This document shows, piece after piece, positions 1 through 9,336 of a stretch of 64,000 bases of DNA. Below the pieces are notes generated by a model. It had not been told where the DNA came from, did not search any database, and worked only from the letters and a program-made list of their open reading frames with translations. Made by a program: the position numbers and the translations under genes. Origin of the DNA: an uncultured SAR86 cluster bacterium (lineage in GTDB: Bacteria; Pseudomonadota; Gammaproteobacteria; Magnimaribacterales; AG-339-G14); contig CABYXE010000003.1 in assembly GCA_902522825.1 (NCBI GenBank), positions 2,212-66,211 on the forward strand. Direction: 5' to 3'. Each line of letters starts with the position of its first letter. Positions within the stretch are counted from its first letter, which is position 1.

Positions 1-1
1 G

Positions 2-352
2 AATAAAGAATTATGGATTTTAGCAATTCTTACTTTTCATCTAATTTATTATCTTTCTTATCCATCTCACTTAAATCACGAACCAAGTTCTTGGTTTTTG
101 GGTGTAATGCTCGGTTGGTTTGTTTTTGCATCAAACGTGATAATAGAGAAATCTAAACTCATAAAATTATTAATTGCATCATTGAGCACGTCTTTAGTCT
201 TCATAACTATGATTCTGATAAATAATTTAAATTCGGCTATTGCCTATGATGGTTTATTAGGCCAACTTAGTAGTTATGCTTTAGGACTAGGTTTTTCCTT
301 AATCGTAACTTGGATAATTCCAAAAGTTTGGCAAAAGCTTAATTTTGCCTAA
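2..352 (+). CDS. 3' part of a hydrophobic membrane protein gene (start lies left of the window)
   Basis: The frame of listed ORF 98..352 is open from the window edge. Translation NKELWILAILTFHLIYYLS...GLGFSLIVTWIIPKVWQKLNFA is mostly TM-like helix. No family recognised. Confidence 0.4.
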   Translation, partial: NKELWILAILTFHLIYYLSYPSHLNHEPSSWFLGVMLGWFVFASNVIIEKSKLIKLLIASLSTSLVFITMILINNLNSAIAYDGLLGQLSSYALGLGFSLIVTWIIPKVWQKLNFA

Positions 353-370
353 AAAATTACTTGCCTTTGA

Positions 371-457
371 TTAGCAAACAAAAGCTTCACATTCAGGCGC
401 TACTTGGCAAGCCTGAATTGCTAATGCTATGAATAAAAAAAATATCTTATTCAGCAT
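371..457 (-). CDS. candidate 28-aa Cys-rich small lipoprotein or secreted peptide (MLNKIFFLFIALAIQACQVAPECEAFVC)
   Basis: Too short for the ORF track. ATG (457..455) is preceded by GGGAGGA with 5-nt spacing, the strongest SD-like motif I saw in the window. Hydrophobic signal-like N-terminus, lipobox-like IQA|C, TAA at 373..371. It overlaps a nested inverted repeat, so it may instead be a structured RNA. Confidence 0.3.
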   Translation of the reverse strand: MLNKIFFLFIALAIQACQVAPECEAFVC

Positions 458-563
458 GGTGTCCTCCCTATCTTCTATCTTTAAATCAATTTTTTACTTT
501 ATACGGCTCTTTGTCTACTATTTTTTTAAATACATTTAATTTATTTCCAGATAAAATAAAGAT

Positions 564-1373
564 ATGAATAATTTTGAAAAGACCGAAGCTTCCTTTAATT
601 ATAGGAATCCTTTAATCAAAGGTGAGCCAAAACCTGCCTTTGGCCTGAAAGAAGAGGATGCCTCGATGCCAAACCATACCTCTTATATAAAAACAATTCA
701 AAACGCCAGACTTAAAGAGTTTTCTATTGAAACGTCTGGATTTGAATTACTTAATCATAAATCAGCAGTAAAAGATTTTTTTAACGATCTTGAAGTGACT
801 GAAATTTACTATCCAGAAATGACAAAACTGGTTAAAGAAAGGGTTTTGGCTGATGAAGTTCATATCGTCTCACATATTTCTAGGAATGAAGCTGAAGTTG
901 AATCAGGTAAGAGAAAAGGTGCTCATAGGTTGGTTCATAACGACTTTACTCCGAACTTTAAAAGTACACTTGAACCGCTTCTTGAAGAAACAAACAGCAA
1001 ACCTTCAAAAATACTAGTATTTAACCTTTGGAGAAGATTCGATAAAGATGGTATCGATGCTCCCTTCGCACTTTGCGATGCCAGAACCGTCAATGAAAAG
1101 GAATTGATTCCTACGGATCTGCATAATTATTTAGAAGGTCAAGAAGATTCTTTAACAGTAGAAATATATCAGTCTTCTTTTAGTGAAAAACATCAGTGGA
1201 ACTATTATCCTAAAATGAATCGAGATGAAGTTTTAATGTTTAAAACATATGACTCTACGCTTAATCCGTTTATGCCTACTCTTCATAGCGCCTTTGACGA
1301 CAATTCTTTTGGAGACAAAGAAGTTTCTCCTAGAGAGAGTTTAGAAGTGAGAGCAATTTGTTTTTTCAATTAA
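564..1373 (+). CDS. CmcJ/NvfI/AsaB-type (GA4-desaturase-like) non-haem iron oxygenase family protein
   Basis: About 270 aa. Has H-x-D in AHRLVHNDFTP and a distal His in PTLHSAFDD, as I remember for the CmcJ-like family. No search run. Confidence 0.5.
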   Translation: MNNFEKTEASFNYRNPLIKGEPKPAFGLKEEDASMPNHTSYIKTIQNARLKEFSIETSGFELLNHKSAVKDFFNDLEVTEIYYPEMTKLVKERVLADEVHIVSHISRNEAEVESGKRKGAHRLVHNDFTPNFKSTLEPLLEETNSKPSKILVFNLWRRFDKDGIDAPFALCDARTVNEKELIPTDLHNYLEGQEDSLTVEIYQSSFSEKHQWNYYPKMNRDEVLMFKTYDSTLNPFMPTLHSAFDDNSFGDKEVSPRESLEVRAICFFN

Positions 1374-1384
1374 GTTTTATTTAA

Positions 1385-2311
1385 ATGGGTTTTGACATAG
1401 AAGAAGGAGACATCTTTTATGATTCTGCCAGTCCTTTTGAATTCACAGATATTTTAAATTCTACCAAACAGGAGTCACATAAAGTTTTTGGTACTTTAAT
1501 CTTGCCCGAAGAAGAAAAAAAATCTTATCCATTGGTTGTTTGTATGCACGGTAGCATGGGCTGGGGTATAAGTTCACAAGACCATTCGGTTAATTTTTTG
1601 AATAATGGCTTTGCTGTTTTTAAGGTGCATAGTTTTGAGTCAAGAAACGTAAAGACAATTTATCAAGACCAAATGCAAGTAACTGTCGCTATGTCACTTA
1701 CCGATTGCTATGAGGCTCTTAAACTTCTAAAAACTCATCCAAAAATAGAAAAAGATAATATTTTTATTGCAGGTTGGAGTTTTGGAGGTTCAACAGCTAT
1801 TTATGCGGCTTGGGAGCCTCTTGCAGAGAAGTTAGCCCCGTCTGGAGAAAGATTTAGAGGCTATTTAGCATTTTATCCAGGAGCCTATGTTTGGCCTGAG
1901 GATATGCGATGGTGTAAAAATCCGATGCTAAGCCTTATTGGAAAAGATGACGACTACACTCCTTCAATTTTAATAGAGAACCTTTCTGTTGCTATAAATG
2001 AAGCAGGAGGAAATAGTTCCGTTATATTATATGAGGATAGTCACCACTCTTTTGATCGGGTTGATCCAGTAAAATTTTTACCTGATGCTATTGCTCTAAG
2101 CGATAAACCAAGCAAGATTAGTAAGGATGGTATTTTGTATTTTGAAAGTGATTCCGGAGAAAGATTTGAAATGAATACTCCTGAAGGAAGACTTAAATTA
2201 ATTGAATCGGGCGCTGCACCTATAGGAGCTTCTCTTGGCAGAAATTGGAATGCAAGAAATGCATCATTCAAAGATAGTATTAATTTTTTAAAAGATAATT
2301 TAATTAAATGA
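1385..2311 (+). CDS. dienelactone-hydrolase-family alpha/beta hydrolase
   Basis: Nucleophile elbow GWSFGGS, oxyanion-region VVCMHGSMGW, C-terminal YEDSHHSF His. Fold-level call. Confidence 0.6.
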   Translation: MGFDIEEGDIFYDSASPFEFTDILNSTKQESHKVFGTLILPEEEKKSYPLVVCMHGSMGWGISSQDHSVNFLNNGFAVFKVHSFESRNVKTIYQDQMQVTVAMSLTDCYEALKLLKTHPKIEKDNIFIAGWSFGGSTAIYAAWEPLAEKLAPSGERFRGYLAFYPGAYVWPEDMRWCKNPMLSLIGKDDDYTPSILIENLSVAINEAGGNSSVILYEDSHHSFDRVDPVKFLPDAIALSDKPSKISKDGILYFESDSGERFEMNTPEGRLKLIESGAAPIGASLGRNWNARNASFKDSINFLKDNLIK

Positions 2312-2396
2312 AAATATTTAAATTAAGCTTGTCTTTATTTTTTGGAATCTTAATTGGTTTTTCTGTAACCAGTTACTATTTAATTTTCATAGCTTG

Positions 2397-3383
2397 ATGA
2401 CTTTATTTATTAAATACTTTTTTTCTAAAACCTTTTTTATATTTATAGGTTTAGTTGTAGGAGCCTATTTATCAGTTAGTTTTGTAAATTATTATTTTAA
2501 TGTAGAAACATCAAGAGACGCACCTTTATCTGGCGAACATAAGAGTTTCTCTTTTATTTATGATGAATTAGATAGGTCGTATGATGTTTATATTCCAAAA
2601 TCTTTAAAAAAAAATGCACCGGTATTTTTTGTATTTCATGGTTCATATGGAACATCTCAAGTAATGAGAGAAGCTACTGGATATGACTTTGAATATTTAG
2701 CAGAAGAAAACGGCTTTTTGGTAGTTTATCCTCAAGGTTATAAAAATTTTTGGAATGACTGCAGAAGATCTGCCGATTATGAAGCTAATTTAAAAAATGT
2801 TGACGATATAGGTTATTACAAGCAAGTTATTAATTTTGTAGAAAAGGATTTCGAGATTGATAAAGAAAGAGTAATAGCTATGGGAATTTCAAATGGAGGG
2901 CATATGATGTTTAAGCTCGCATATGAGGCACCTGAATTAACTCTTTTGCATGTCCCATTAGTAGCTAATCTTCCTATTAATGCAAATAATGACTGTAATA
3001 TTTCTAACAAGGAAGTAAATATTTTAATTTTCAATGGAACAAACGATCAAATCAACCCTTATGATGGAGGACTAGTATCGCTTTTAGGAAATGAAAGTCG
3101 AGGAACTGTTCTTTCTTCTAAGGATACTTATAGTTATTGGAAAAATCTAACTTCTTCATATAAAGAAGAATTTTATACTTTTCCTAATACAGATAAATAT
3201 TTAAGTAGTATTGTTACCAAAAAAGAAAGTACTGGCAGCAAAGTAGTTGCACTTTACTCTTTGGTTAACGGCGGTCACATTTATGCCTCCCCAAATGTGA
3301 TATATAGCCCTTTTTTTTCTGGCAATGTTCAAGATATAAATACCGCTGAAGAAATATATTCAGTTTTTAAAAGGTTGAAATAA
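2397..3383 (+). CDS. PHB-depolymerase-family (LpqC-like) esterase with N-terminal membrane anchor or signal
   Basis: FVFHGSYGT...LVVYPQG and elbow GISNGGHM typical of the esterase/PHB-depolymerase family. Hydrophobic N-terminus. ATG at 2397 is one codon after the TTG used in the ORF track. Confidence 0.55.
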   Translation: MTLFIKYFFSKTFFIFIGLVVGAYLSVSFVNYYFNVETSRDAPLSGEHKSFSFIYDELDRSYDVYIPKSLKKNAPVFFVFHGSYGTSQVMREATGYDFEYLAEENGFLVVYPQGYKNFWNDCRRSADYEANLKNVDDIGYYKQVINFVEKDFEIDKERVIAMGISNGGHMMFKLAYEAPELTLLHVPLVANLPINANNDCNISNKEVNILIFNGTNDQINPYDGGLVSLLGNESRGTVLSSKDTYSYWKNLTSSYKEEFYTFPNTDKYLSSIVTKKESTGSKVVALYSLVNGGHIYASPNVIYSPFFSGNVQDINTAEEIYSVFKRLK

Positions 3384-4424
3384 TTATTTTAGAAAGTTTT
3401 TAATGAAATCAACTTCCGTTTTATCAAACGCACTTCCGTCTTTTCTGAAGATATCATGAAACCAAATTTTTGGCTCAGGAATGTCATCTTCTTCGAGTAT
3501 AAAGTCTTTGTTCTTAACTGCTTCTCTAAGTTTTAAGATTGTATCCCATCCAAAGTGGGTCTGACTTTTCCCAGCAACAAATCCCCAATTAAAACAACCG
3601 ATATTATTTTTTTTAAATATAGGCAAACAAAAATCAAATGTTGTACCAAATTCTCTCGCCATATATTCAGTGCAAATAATGGGTCTTTTTAACTTTATTA
3701 ATTCATTTATTATTCTCAGAAGTTCTTTAGATTCATAGGCATGAAAAGTTATGATATCCGACTTCTCTTTATTTAATTCGATGATATTTTCGCCTATTGA
3801 TCCATGCATACAACTTGTTAAAGGCTGCTCCGGTCTTACTTCATGAGCCCAACCCCAAACTAATTTTAAAAAATCGAATGATTCTTCGCCTATTCCAAAT
3901 TGACCGGGTTCATTATAAATATCCCAAAGTAAAATTCTTTTATCCTTTTTATAAAGATCTAAGATTTCTTGCGTAAATTTTTTTAATCTTGGTAATTCAG
4001 TCTTATCCCCATTATGAATTTCTTTTACTATTTTATGTCCAGGACTTTGACTCCAACCCGAATTATGAATACCTCTTACTGGAAGAAATTGCTTACCCAG
4101 CTTTGGGTCGGACCTATGACAATCATCAAACAAGACAATAATTGGTTTTATATTTAATTCATCGCAAATTTTTAAAAATTCTTCAAAATTAGAAAGAAAT
4201 TCATCTTTTATATTCCAAAGTAAATCGTGCAAATAAACTCTCATTGAATTAAATCCAAGTGAATTAGCCATTCTCAACTCTTTAGTAATTGTTTGTTTGT
4301 CATATGTTTCATTCTGAAACATCTCTAGTTGATTTATTGCAGAACTAGGCAAAAAATTAGCACCGATTGGCCATTCTTCATTTGAATACCATTCAAAAGC
4401 TTTATCAGAAGTCCATTGACTCAT
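3384..4424 (-). CDS. clan GH-A (GH5-like) glycoside hydrolase, apparently cytoplasmic
   Basis: TIM-barrel GH-A hallmarks: SMRVYLHDLLW, acid/base WDIYNEPG, nucleophile-like ICTEYM. No signal peptide. Confidence 0.55.
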   Translation of the reverse strand: MSQWTSDKAFEWYSNEEWPIGANFLPSSAINQLEMFQNETYDKQTITKELRMANSLGFNSMRVYLHDLLWNIKDEFLSNFEEFLKICDELNIKPIIVLFDDCHRSDPKLGKQFLPVRGIHNSGWSQSPGHKIVKEIHNGDKTELPRLKKFTQEILDLYKKDKRILLWDIYNEPGQFGIGEESFDFLKLVWGWAHEVRPEQPLTSCMHGSIGENIIELNKEKSDIITFHAYESKELLRIINELIKLKRPIICTEYMAREFGTTFDFCLPIFKKNNIGCFNWGFVAGKSQTHFGWDTILKLREAVKNKDFILEEDDIPEPKIWFHDIFRKDGSAFDKTEVDFIKNFLK

Positions 4425-4427
4425 TAG

Positions 4428-5051
4428 TTAATGGGTTTTGGAGGCTGAACCCCAATAATTATATCCAGCAAACTTAGGAGTTCCCGGGAGATACATTTCT
4501 TCTAATTCATTAATTTTGAAACCTGAGGACTCAATTAATTCAGGAATATTTCTATTAAGGTTGCATCCTCCTGCAATTTTCCCCCAAATATAATTAAGTT
4601 TAGACTGACGGTTGGCAATTTTTATATCTGGAGATAAACCATGCTCGCAAAACAATAATCTTCCTTCAGGTTTCAAGACTCTAAGAATTTCTCTATTAGC
4701 TTCTATTACTTTTGGAATAGTACACATTGTGTAAGTAATTATTACAGTATCAAAATAATCCTTTTTTAAAGGAATATCTTCTGCCCCACACAAATGAAAC
4801 GTAATCTTAAAATTAGCTTCTTCTGAAACTTTTTTAGCTAGCTTGATTAATTCTTGAGAAGGTTCAACAGCATGAAACTCTTCTATAGCTGATTTATTAT
4901 AAAAAGGTATATTAAGTCCTGAACCAATTCCAATTTCTAGAACTTTTCCATAAGCCAAAGGAACAATTTTTTCTCTTTGAAGTTTTATGGGCTTTGCACC
5001 ACAAGTGCAATTTAAGAACTTAGGAAGAATATATTTTTCATAAAAACCCAT
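4428..5051 (-). CDS. class I SAM-dependent methyltransferase
   Basis: Motif I VLEIGIGSGLN, followed by acidic-loop and post-I motifs typical of the Methyltransf_11 type. Confidence 0.7.
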   Translation of the reverse strand: MGFYEKYILPKFLNCTCGAKPIKLQREKIVPLAYGKVLEIGIGSGLNIPFYNKSAIEEFHAVEPSQELIKLAKKVSEEANFKITFHLCGAEDIPLKKDYFDTVIITYTMCTIPKVIEANREILRVLKPEGRLLFCEHGLSPDIKIANRQSKLNYIWGKIAGGCNLNRNIPELIESSGFKINELEEMYLPGTPKFAGYNYWGSASKTH

Positions 5052-5073
5052 TTTTTAATCTTATACTAACCTA

Positions 5074-6084
5074 ATGAATAAAGCTTCTTTGATGGTAGAT
5101 ATAGCTAGTCCTGTTTTAACTATGGATGATATCAAATTAATTAAATCGCCATATGTAGGTGGACTTATTTTATTTAGTAGAAATTTTGAAGACAGAAATC
5201 AATTAATAGACCTTTGTTTCGAAATAAAATCACTAAAACCAGAAATTATAATTGCTGTAGATCAAGAGGGAGGTAGCGTACAAAGATTTACTAAGAATTT
5301 TACCTCAATTCCCCCAATGCAAAGATTAGGAGATTTAGTCTTGCATAATAAAAATGAAGGGTTGGATTTATGTAAAGATACAGGCTGGTTAATTGCTTCT
5401 GAGTTAATAGCTTGTGGTATAGATTTAAATTTTTCGCCAGTGTTAGATTTAGACCAAAACTCTAGCAGCGTAATTGGAGATAGAGCATTTTCAGATCAAA
5501 TTGATATCGTTATAGATTGTGCAAGAGCTTTCATCTATGGAATGCAAGAAGCCGGAATGGCTAGTGTTGGAAAACACTTTCCGGGACATGGATCAATTAT
5601 TGAAGACAGCCACTTAGAAAAACCAGTTGATAACAGATCATTAGTCGACATTGAAAGTAAAGATTTAATTCCGTTCAAAGAATTAATAAATAATTTAGAT
5701 GGCATTATGACCTCTCATATTGTATTTCCAGAAGTTGATAAAGATATTACAACTTTCTCAAAAAGATGGGTTTCGGAAATTTTAAAAGAAGAAATGGAAT
5801 TTAAAGGAATGGTGTTCAGCGATGATTTGTCGATGAAAGGAACTAAGGATTATGAGAGCTTTTATGAAAAAACAAAGCAAGCCATAATTTCTGGATGTGA
5901 GATGATCTTGATTTGTAATAATAGAAAAGGAGTCTTGGATGGAATTCGTTATTTTGAAGAGAATCAAATAAAACCATCAGAAAAAGTTTTTTCAATGTTG
6001 ATGGCTAATGATATTTCTTGGATAAATCTAGAAAAAGATAGAAGAAGGATTGCAATATCAGATAAATTAGAAAAATTAATTTAA
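5074..6084 (+). CDS. nagZ: beta-N-acetylhexosaminidase (peptidoglycan recycling)
   Basis: GH3 NagZ motifs IAVDQEGGSVQRF, KHFPGHG, VFSDDLSMKG. About 336 aa as in NagZ. Confidence 0.85.
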   Translation: MNKASLMVDIASPVLTMDDIKLIKSPYVGGLILFSRNFEDRNQLIDLCFEIKSLKPEIIIAVDQEGGSVQRFTKNFTSIPPMQRLGDLVLHNKNEGLDLCKDTGWLIASELIACGIDLNFSPVLDLDQNSSSVIGDRAFSDQIDIVIDCARAFIYGMQEAGMASVGKHFPGHGSIIEDSHLEKPVDNRSLVDIESKDLIPFKELINNLDGIMTSHIVFPEVDKDITTFSKRWVSEILKEEMEFKGMVFSDDLSMKGTKDYESFYEKTKQAIISGCEMILICNNRKGVLDGIRYFEENQIKPSEKVFSMLMANDISWINLEKDRRRIAISDKLEKLI

Positions 6085-6352
6085 AGTTTCAAAAATAAAT
6101 TGCACCAATCAAATATCCACTAAAAAAGAAACCAATAGCAAAAGCTGGATATTCTTTAAAAAATAAAATTACAGAATTTATATACTCTTTCATCTAACCA
6201 TGATATTCGAAAAAAATTTGGACAATTACTTTACAAGCAGACTAATTAACTCCTAAATTTGACTTAAAGATGAGCAAAAAGTTTAAAAAATTTTTAAAAA
6301 CGAGCTTTAATAGAGCAAACTAATGAAATTAATAGATTTATAATTTAGTTCA

Positions 6353-7156
6353 ATGAAAATCTTTGTCATCAGCATGAAATCTTATAAAGCAAGAAGGGAA
6401 TTTCAAATTAGACAGGCCAAAAGCTTAAATTTAGATATCTCATTTATAGATGCAATAAATGGGTCTGATTTAAGTTCAGAAGAACTTCAAAATGCAGCAA
6501 ATGAGTGGACAAGACCTATTTTTTCAAAAGACGTAGGATGTTATCTTTCCCATAGAAAGGTTTGGCAACAAGTTTGCAAAGAAGAACAGAAATGTCTTGT
6601 TATAGAAGACGATGTGATTTTCTCTTCAAAAATTAAACAAATCTTAAATTCAATAGAGAATTTAAAAGATAGTTGGAATAGCGTTTATGATCTTGAGTTT
6701 GCTCCTGGAGATCATGTGTTAAGTAATAAAGTGAGTTTTTCAGATGAAAAAAATCTTTTTGAAATAAAAGAAATCTATCAAAACAAAACAGGTCTGGCGG
6801 CTTATGTTTTAGGTCCAAAATTAGCTTCTAAAATGCTCTTGGAGTTGAATAATTATGTGATGATAGACGCTGCTTTTTGGTCAAGAACATGGCCAAAATA
6901 TCTGCAAATTGAACCTGCCCCAGTTGTTCAAATGATGCATATTGGCAAGGCGATAAAAAGTGATGACTCATCAATTGAAGATGTTCGAAACAAAAATTAT
7001 TTAAATAAGTCATGGCTATCTAGAAAGGCTATTAGACTGAAAATATCATTGTTAGAGCTTCCAAAATTTATAAAGAGCACCTTACTTGGCGATAAAAGAA
7101 CTTTAAAGTTTGATAAAGATGAATTTATAAAAAATTTTGATAATTTATATAATTAA
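6353..7156 (+). CDS. glycosyltransferase family 25 (LOS/LPS modification type)
   Basis: N-terminus MKIFVISMKSYKARRE, GCYLSHRKVW and LVIEDDV match the GT25 pattern. Confidence 0.65.
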   Translation: MKIFVISMKSYKARREFQIRQAKSLNLDISFIDAINGSDLSSEELQNAANEWTRPIFSKDVGCYLSHRKVWQQVCKEEQKCLVIEDDVIFSSKIKQILNSIENLKDSWNSVYDLEFAPGDHVLSNKVSFSDEKNLFEIKEIYQNKTGLAAYVLGPKLASKMLLELNNYVMIDAAFWSRTWPKYLQIEPAPVVQMMHIGKAIKSDDSSIEDVRNKNYLNKSWLSRKAIRLKISLLELPKFIKSTLLGDKRTLKFDKDEFIKNFDNLYN

Positions 7157-7163
7157 AAAAAGA

Positions 7164-8546
7164 CTAAAAAAACTTTTTATTAATTCTATTTTTACCTTCA
7201 TCTACACCAAATTGATCAAATGGATTAATTTGTAATAGTTGAGAAGATATAAAGGTTTTGTGCTCCCATGAACTAATTAAAAACCCTAAGTTGAAAGGAT
7301 TAACTTCTTCTATTGTAAAAAGATTAGTAGAAATATTACTGTTAATTCTGTGATTTTGATCTAAATTATTTTCCACAGATACGTTAAATAATTCATTTTG
7401 AATAAGAGCCTGAATTTTCGGTAATTTATTTGACTCTAAATTATCGTTACTTAAAATTATTTCTAGACAAGTATTAGACGTACCTTGATGCAGCATCTGA
7501 AAAAAAGAATGTTGAGCTCTTGGTCCATAGGCCCCATAGATTGTCTGTGAAGTTTTTTTAAAAATTGAATTCTCATTAGCCATTTTCCCTAAAGATTCCA
7601 TTTCAAGTTGCTGTATATATTTTGAAAATGATCTCAATTTCCAAACGTAAGTCAATACAGCCCGATTATCAGTATTCAAATAATTAGAATTCCATAAATC
7701 TATAAATGATAATTTTTTTATTGCTTCTTTATACTCATTTTTTGATCTAATACTAGCATCTGCTTCAAAACCACCTTCTAAAAAAGATTTAAAAATCTCT
7801 TCAGACTCTAAAAATGTAGTGATACTGATTTCTGACCAAATTGAGAATCTGCCTCCAATATTTTCATCTAAATTAATTAGATTTTTGTCAAGAAACCCTC
7901 TTTTAATTGCTTCATCAGGATTTGATGTAACACAGAAAAAATTCTCTAAGATTTTTGACTTATCTATTTCCTTCAAACACCAGCTTTTAGCAAGCTTAAA
8001 ATTATTTAAAATTTCTATAGTTTTCATAGATTTTGAAGAAACAATAAAAATAGTTTCTTTTTGATCTAATTTTGCAGTTTTATCATAAAATTCTTGGTTA
8101 TCTGAGCCAGTAACAAAAACATGATTGAATTTACTGTTGTTTGGGTCAATCAAGGATTCAATTAAAAGCTTTGGTCCTTCAAAAGACCCCCCAATTCCTA
8201 TAGACACTATATTCTTGATTTTTTTAGACTCAATTTGAGATTTTACCTTTCTGAGGCTTTCAAAGAGACTCTTATAAAGTCCGCTATCACAATCTCTTAT
8301 TTGCCAGTGAAGTGCTGGTTTATTTTCTGTAAAATTTACTTTTTCATTATTGAAAAGTTTTTCAATTGCTGATTCCACTTTTAAAAATGAATAAACATTT
8401 TCAAATTCTTTACAAACTTCAGTATTAAAGTTGAATGCTGTTGATTTAATTGAAAGAAATTTATTTGAAAAATCGATAACATCAGTCAAATAATTTTCTT
8501 TACATGCTAAAGCATTTAGGCTTTCTTTAATTTTTAAAATATTCAA
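7164..8546 (-). CDS. pgi: glucose-6-phosphate isomerase (compact, divergent)
   Basis: Collinear PGI motifs: GIGGSFEGP, GGRFSIWS, QQLEMESLGK, AQHSFFQMLHQGT, WEHKTF, FDQFGVDEGK. 460 aa versus about 549 in E. coli. Confidence 0.75.
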   Translation of the reverse strand: MNILKIKESLNALACKENYLTDVIDFSNKFLSIKSTAFNFNTEVCKEFENVYSFLKVESAIEKLFNNEKVNFTENKPALHWQIRDCDSGLYKSLFESLRKVKSQIESKKIKNIVSIGIGGSFEGPKLLIESLIDPNNSKFNHVFVTGSDNQEFYDKTAKLDQKETIFIVSSKSMKTIEILNNFKLAKSWCLKEIDKSKILENFFCVTSNPDEAIKRGFLDKNLINLDENIGGRFSIWSEISITTFLESEEIFKSFLEGGFEADASIRSKNEYKEAIKKLSFIDLWNSNYLNTDNRAVLTYVWKLRSFSKYIQQLEMESLGKMANENSIFKKTSQTIYGAYGPRAQHSFFQMLHQGTSNTCLEIILSNDNLESNKLPKIQALIQNELFNVSVENNLDQNHRINSNISTNLFTIEEVNPFNLGFLISSWEHKTFISSQLLQINPFDQFGVDEGKNRINKKFF

Positions 8547-8633
8547 AATAGAAGATGATTATAACTAAATTATTTTATATATTAATTCTCAAATTTCTTT
8601 AATTTTATAAATTATGTCAGGTATTATCGTTTG

Positions 8634-9320
8634 ATGAATTCTAGTTTGATTTACGCAGTAAGATTCATAAGAATTGTGCCTATTTTATTTTTAGTGGGAA
8701 TAAGTGCTGCAATTTATTTTTATCCTGGTGGAAACATTCACGATTCTTCTCAAACAGGATATTCATTTACACATAATTTTTTAAGCGATTTAGGGGGCTA
8801 TAAGTCTCATTCTGGTGAAGTAAATTTTTTATCCTCTTTTTTCTTTGGGTTTTCTTTAGTTTTATTTTTCTTTGCAGGGATAGCTTTCTTATTCATCCCA
8901 TTTTTATTTAAAGATAATTTTATAAATTTTAACTTAGCTTTTTGCGGATCAATTTTCTTTGCTTTAGGTTCTGTTTTTTTTGCTGGAGTAGGGCTTACAC
9001 CTCATGATCTCTATATGGAAATGCATATTTTCTTTGCTTTAAATGCATTTAGATTACTAATTCCTGCTTCTTTTTTATTCCTTATTGTCTTATATAGAAG
9101 CAAAGTAGAAAATTATTTTTCTTTTATTATTTGTTTATTAATGATCTCAACATTTGCGTATGTCCTTTATCAGATATATGGCGGAAATCCATTAGCAAAT
9201 ATTGAAAATATGTCACAACAAGCAACTATTCAAAAATTGATTGTCTTAGTAAATATTTTATGTGTTTTTATAATTTCTTATGCCTTTTCAAGTCAATATA
9301 GAATAATAACTCAGAAATAA
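8634..9320 (+). CDS. polytopic membrane protein of unknown function
   Basis: About 6 hydrophobic helices throughout. Possibly DUF998-like, not verified. Confidence 0.45.
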   Translation: MNSSLIYAVRFIRIVPILFLVGISAAIYFYPGGNIHDSSQTGYSFTHNFLSDLGGYKSHSGEVNFLSSFFFGFSLVLFFFAGIAFLFIPFLFKDNFINFNLAFCGSIFFALGSVFFAGVGLTPHDLYMEMHIFFALNAFRLLIPASFLFLIVLYRSKVENYFSFIICLLMISTFAYVLYQIYGGNPLANIENMSQQATIQKLIVLVNILCVFIISYAFSSQYRIITQK

Positions 9321-9336
9321 ATCGTATAATTTAACT

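Noticed and set aside
2308-2397. 29-codon ORF (MKIFKLSLSLFFGILIGFSVTSYYLIFIA) bridging the dienelactone hydrolase stop (ATGA overlap) and the esterase start
   Set aside because: It could be a real leader or TM peptide, or a remnant N-terminus of the esterase in another frame. There is no RBS and I cannot assess conservation, so it is not supportable as a gene.
6085-6352. Largest non-coding gap (268 nt): searched for an sRNA or small genes. A 34-codon hydrophobic minus-strand ORF (6089..6193, MKEYINSVILFFKEYPAFAIGFFFSGYLIGAIYF) and a 17-codon basic ORF are present.
   Set aside because: Neither has an SD-like motif and there is no stable GC-containing structure. ORFs of this size are expected by chance. 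The AT-only near-palindromes are not informative.
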